Shown piece by piece: positions 59,962 to 64,000 of a stretch of DNA of 64,000 nucleotides. The number at the start of each line of letters is the position of its first letter. Position 1 is the stretch's first letter. Source of the stretch: Alloascoidea hylecoeti (lineage: Eukaryota); the NCBI GenBank assembly GCA_001600815.1, contig BCKZ01000008.1, forward strand, positions 682,001-746,000, written 5' to 3'. The notes below the pieces were generated by a model. That model saw only the letters and a list, made by a program, of their open reading frames with translations. It did no database searches and was not told the origin of the DNA. The position numbers and the translations under genes are program-made.

Positions 59962-62504
59962 ATGACTACTTGTTCTTTGAGCAGACTGGCAATGTTAGCT
60001 GTTGCCTTCTGCGGCTGTTATGCAAAGCCCGTGCCTAAACTCGAAAATGTTGTGATTACAACAACAATTCCTGGTTCAACCTCCTTTGAAACTATTACAC
60101 TTACTTCTTGTGATAAAAAACCACATTGTTCTATCACTGTCAAACCTCATACTCCCCCAAAAGAAGAAGATCGAACCATCGTTATCACTGTCCCTGGTCC
60201 CACGTATACTACTACTCTTACTGAATGTACTACTTATTCTCCTGTTATTCCCGACTTGCCATATCCACCTCCTTCTGGTTGTGTCACTATTGTTAAAGGA
60301 ACTGATGGAGCTATATCCTATGGAGGTCACGGAGGTCACGGAGGCCATGGAGGTCATGGAGGTCATTGTCGACCAACTCTCCCACCTTACAGTCCACCAG
60401 TAATTGATCCACCTTATACCCCAACTGATCCACCTTATACTCCACCAACACCAACCGATCCACCTTATACTCCACCGGTAATTGATCTACCAACACGTAC
60501 AGTTGACGAATGTGATACAGCACAGGTATCTCATACATCTAAACCTTACTCTTCGGATGTGTTTGGTCTCCCTAATGTAATTAAAAGTGTTGAGTTTGAA
60601 ACTGGAAGCTATGTTGAAACTATTTCTACGAGTGATCTTGGTCAACTTTTTAAGCTTACTGTAAATTTTACTTTACCTGATTATTTTGAAGTAGACAATG
60701 AATTTGAGGTCATGATTGCACGCGAAATTATAGATATCCCTGAATTCGATCAGGAAATTTCTATTGAACAAGAAGTTGACTCTATTGTGACTAAAACTGT
60801 TATTCTTAAAACTTGGCTTGATGCATCTAGACATTCAATTCGCTTCAAAGTTCTTAATTCACCAGAAATCGCTTATGGCCTTTCTGGTGTAGTTGAAGTA
60901 TATGTTCACTTGGATTTAGAAAATACAGCTGGTGAATGTTTTTATTTTACTCCAGGATTTGTATTTGAATCATATACTGCTTCATCAACTAATGGATATG
61001 ATACTTTACAATCAATTTTTAATTTTGTACCAACAACAATTACTGAACTTCCAATTTCAAGAATTGTTAATACTGATTTAAATGGTAATTCTTATTTCTT
61101 ATTTTCATATCCTTTATCTCTTTATAAAAGGATTGAATTAGATATTGATTTTGATGATAATTTTTCGATTGATTGTGATGGAATTATAGTTGGGAAAACA
61201 AACCATTTTACTGCTTATGGGTATCCTATAGATTTCGAAAATAATTTACTCTCTAGCGCTGACTATGGATATGATTGTGGAACAATAGGTAATGCATTGA
61301 AAATTATTATTGATATCGATGAACAGGAGGATACTTATGTTACATTAAAAGTTCCTTTAACACCAATTCCTGATGATGAGCTTAGTCCATATTTAGAGTC
61401 TCAGGTATTTACTTTTGGTATGATAACTTGGCTTGATTATGAAAATGGGTATAATCCATTATATTTATGGGGTTATATACTTCCTTTTGAAAATCAAACA
61501 AGAGTGTCTGGTGCTTATTTTACTGATTTCATTGATAATGATAACGGTGGTGATAACGGTGGTGACAACGGTGGTGACAACGGTGGTGATAATGGAGATG
61601 ATAACGGTGGTGACAACGGTGGTGATAATGGAGATGACAANNNNNNNNNNNNNNNNNNNNNNNNNNNNNNNNNNNNNNNNNNNNNNNNNNNNNNNNNNNN
61701 NNNNNNNNNNNNNNNNNNNNNNNNNNNNNNNNNNNNNNNNNNNNNNNNNNNNNNNNNNNNNNNNNNNNNNNNNNNNNNNNNNNNNNNNNNNNNNNNNNNN
61801 NNNNNNNNNNNNNNNNNNNNNNNNNNNNNNNNNNNNNNNNNNNNNNNNNNNNNNNNNNNNNNNNNNNNNNNNNNNNNNNNNNNNNNNNNNNNNNNNNNNN
61901 NNNNNNNNNNNNNNNNNNNNNNNNNNNNNNNNNNNNNNNNNNNNNNNNNNNNNNNNNNNNNNNNNNNNNNNNNNNNNNNNNNNNNNNNNNNNNNNNNNNN
62001 NNNNNNNNNNNNNNNNNNNNNNNNNNNNNNNNNNNNNNNNNNNNNNNNNNNNNNNNNNNNNNNNNNNNNNNNNNNNNNNNNNNNNNNNNNNNNNNNNNNN
62101 NNNNNNNNNNNNNNNNNNNNNNNNNNNNNNNNNNNNNNNNNNNNNNNNNNNNNNNNNNNNNNNNNNNNNNNNNNNNNNNNNNNNNNNNNNNNNNNNNNNN
62201 NNNNNNNNNNNNNNNNNNNNNNNNNNNNNNNNNNNNNNNNNNNNNNNNNNNNNNNNNNNNNNNNNNNNNNNNNNNNNNNNNNNNNNNNNNNNNNNNNNNN
62301 NNNNNNNNNNNNNNNNNNNNNNNNNNNNNNNNNNNNNNNNNNNNNNNNNNNNNNNNNNNNNNNNNNNNNNNNNNNNNNNNNNNNNNNNNNNNNNNNNNNN
62401 NNNNNNNNNNNNNNNNNNNNNNNNNNNNNNNNGATGATAATGGAGATGATAATGGAGATGACAACGGTGGTGACAACGGTGGTGATAATGGAAATAATGA
62501 ATAA
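59962..62504 (+). CDS. Secreted adhesin/cell-wall-like repeat protein, interrupted by an assembly gap
   Basis: Signal peptide from ATG 59962; TITLTSC..C motif, (GGH)5, DPPYTP repeats, ~300-aa beta-rich acidic domain, DNGG/DNGD repeats on both sides of the N gap, stop at 62502-62504. Confidence 0.7.
61536..62492 (+). repeat. Coding 12-bp tandem repeat (GAYAAYGGWGRT; DNGG/DNGD) flanking an N gap at 61641-62432
   Basis: Identical repeat units on both sides of the 792-nt gap. Confidence 0.85.
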
Positions 62505-62679
62505 GTGTTATATGATGTTAAAGATTGCTAATTTTCCTTGCCATAAATATATGCCCATCTTTGTTTATCTATAAGTATATGCAGCTAATTGAAAAGTTTA
62601 TGTTTTGTTTAAATGCTTCAGATACTTCGTTGCAATATTTTTACAGCTAGCCATTGTGTATTATTTATTAATATATAGC

Positions 62680-63090
62680 CAACGTTCAAGTCCAATATTT
62701 TGAGATATCAATGAACAGATTAGAATCCCATTTTCTCCAAGCGAGTTGATACCGTGAACTTATGTCGACCACCTTTTGAATGTATGCATATGCGCTGTAT
62801 TACGCAGGCATCTAAAGTCCTGCATACCTATAAAAATTCTATATTAAGCTTTCCCATAAAAAAGAGCCGTTCCTCCCTCTCTTTCCCCATTTAGAATTTC
62901 AAATCTAAAGTGTCTACCGAACTCGATGATGATTTGGGTAATTGCATTCGGTGGCTGTCATGTTAAACATTGTGATTACAACAACAGTTTCTGGTTTAAC
63001 CACCTCTGATCAATTTCACGGATTCAGCAGTGAAAGGCACTGTAAGCCCTTTAAAAATCTGACTACCTGATGAATACTGATCCACCATCC
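62680..63090 (+). pseudogene. Decayed tandem duplicate of the promoter and 5' coding region of the upstream repeat-protein gene
   Basis: Collinear matches ATAAAAA(A)GAGC..CCTCCCT, GGCTGT.ATG, TTGTGATTACAACAACA.TT.CTGGTT.AACC and ACTGATCCACC, with deletions and stops. Confidence 0.75.
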
Positions 63091-63549
63091 CTTTTATTTT
63101 AATTACTCGTTTTATACCACATAGTAATATTATATCTGTATACAACTGAAGCATATGTTGTAAAAATGTTTAGTGAAGAAGGTGGGGGATAATATTAATT
63201 AGTCTGAATGTTTACTTCAAAAAGTGACCGAGTATCGTAGGTTATTACGAAATAGAAAGATAAATTAAGATATAACTAATAATGTATACCATTAACAATG
63301 AAATTAAGTAGTGTGTGAAAATAGATTATTAAATCATGAACCGAAACATAGGATAACATATTAATCAATGCTCTGATTATAATATAACTTATGTGATTTG
63401 TAGCATAATTAATTATGAGTTATGTAAATAAAGTCGGGGAAAACTAGCTGCCCATTTTTTTAACATCCCTCCAAAAATTATCTTTAGATATACATAGAAT
63501 GATTTCTAGAACTCCGTTAAGCGATATTTCAGATTAATTATAGTTCTAG

Positions 63550-63930
63550 AACGAGGTCGCAACCAGCTGAGAGAATTAAAAATAGCATATGAGAAAAATG
63601 GCTGAAATAAGTGGAAGGCTTAACATTGCACCTACAACTGTGCTGTTCAATGTAAATAAACCAACGTTAACAACGCTTCTGATATAACCTCCTCTAATTA
63701 AGAAGCATACAAAACCTACTGATATGGCAAGAAATCAAATTTTAAAGGTTGTAAAAGCTTCTCCCTCTAATACACTTGAGGAACAAGCTTTAAAGTTCAA
63801 CATTGGAATATCAAAGACTACTAAGATCCTTTTTGTAAAAACATGACTATGGAGTAGTTTAGGCATGTAAATGATCGCATCTGAATGAGAAGAACCAAAT
63901 GAATAGAATAATATTGTCTGAATAATTGGG
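63550..63930 (+). mobile_element. Possible degenerate Tc1/IS630-type transposase N-terminal (HTH) fragment
   Basis: LFNVNKPTL and ARNQILKVVKASPSNTLEEQALKFNIGISKT resemble the paired HTH region; frames are broken. Confidence 0.35.
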
Positions 63931-64000
63931 GTGCATGTGGTCTCATGACACTTGGGATGGTGTTGTATTTAATGAATAATGTTCACTCTTTACAGGATCT

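Noticed and set aside
61433..62574. Alternative-frame ORFs running through the N gap, and the track's C-terminus MIMEMIMEM...
   Set aside because: Artefacts of the gap length and repeat periodicity; the DNGG frame ends at 62504
1..64000. tRNA, rRNA or CRISPR arrays
   Set aside because: None recognised by eye; the sequence is eukaryotic and its tandem repeats are coding repeats or microsatellites

Overview
AT-rich nuclear DNA from a budding yeast. It uses the standard code (CTG aligns with Leu) and has short GT-AG introns. It carries PRKRIP1- and NSRP1-like splicing factors, which suggests an early-branching Saccharomycotina lineage (inference). Housekeeping genes: P-loop ATPase, GAP1-type permease, CCDC90/DUF1640, YJU3-like lipase, SGT2, ATP1, RPS26, a PDK-family kinase, NSRP1-like, MRS2-family, RPA43, a divergent 14-3-3, INH1, SEC31, PRKRIP1-like, SOG2 and UBC8. 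An accessory block at about 31.5-49.7 kb holds three aquaglyceroporin paralogues and decayed LINE, Tc1 and copia fragments. The most striking feature is a ~1.2-kb ORF-free segment (33,935-35,140, + strand, TATA box upstream) that folds into long nested helices with many G-U pairs. It looks like an unannotated large structured RNA; telomerase RNA is the leading hypothesis, with a candidate template TATCCACCATTATCCAC. The right end has a 3-exon gene that the ORF track only shows as a fragment, a secreted repeat protein ((GGH)5, DPPYTP, DNGG) interrupted by an assembly gap, and a decayed tandem copy of that protein's gene. All exon models and family calls were made by eye; no searches were run.
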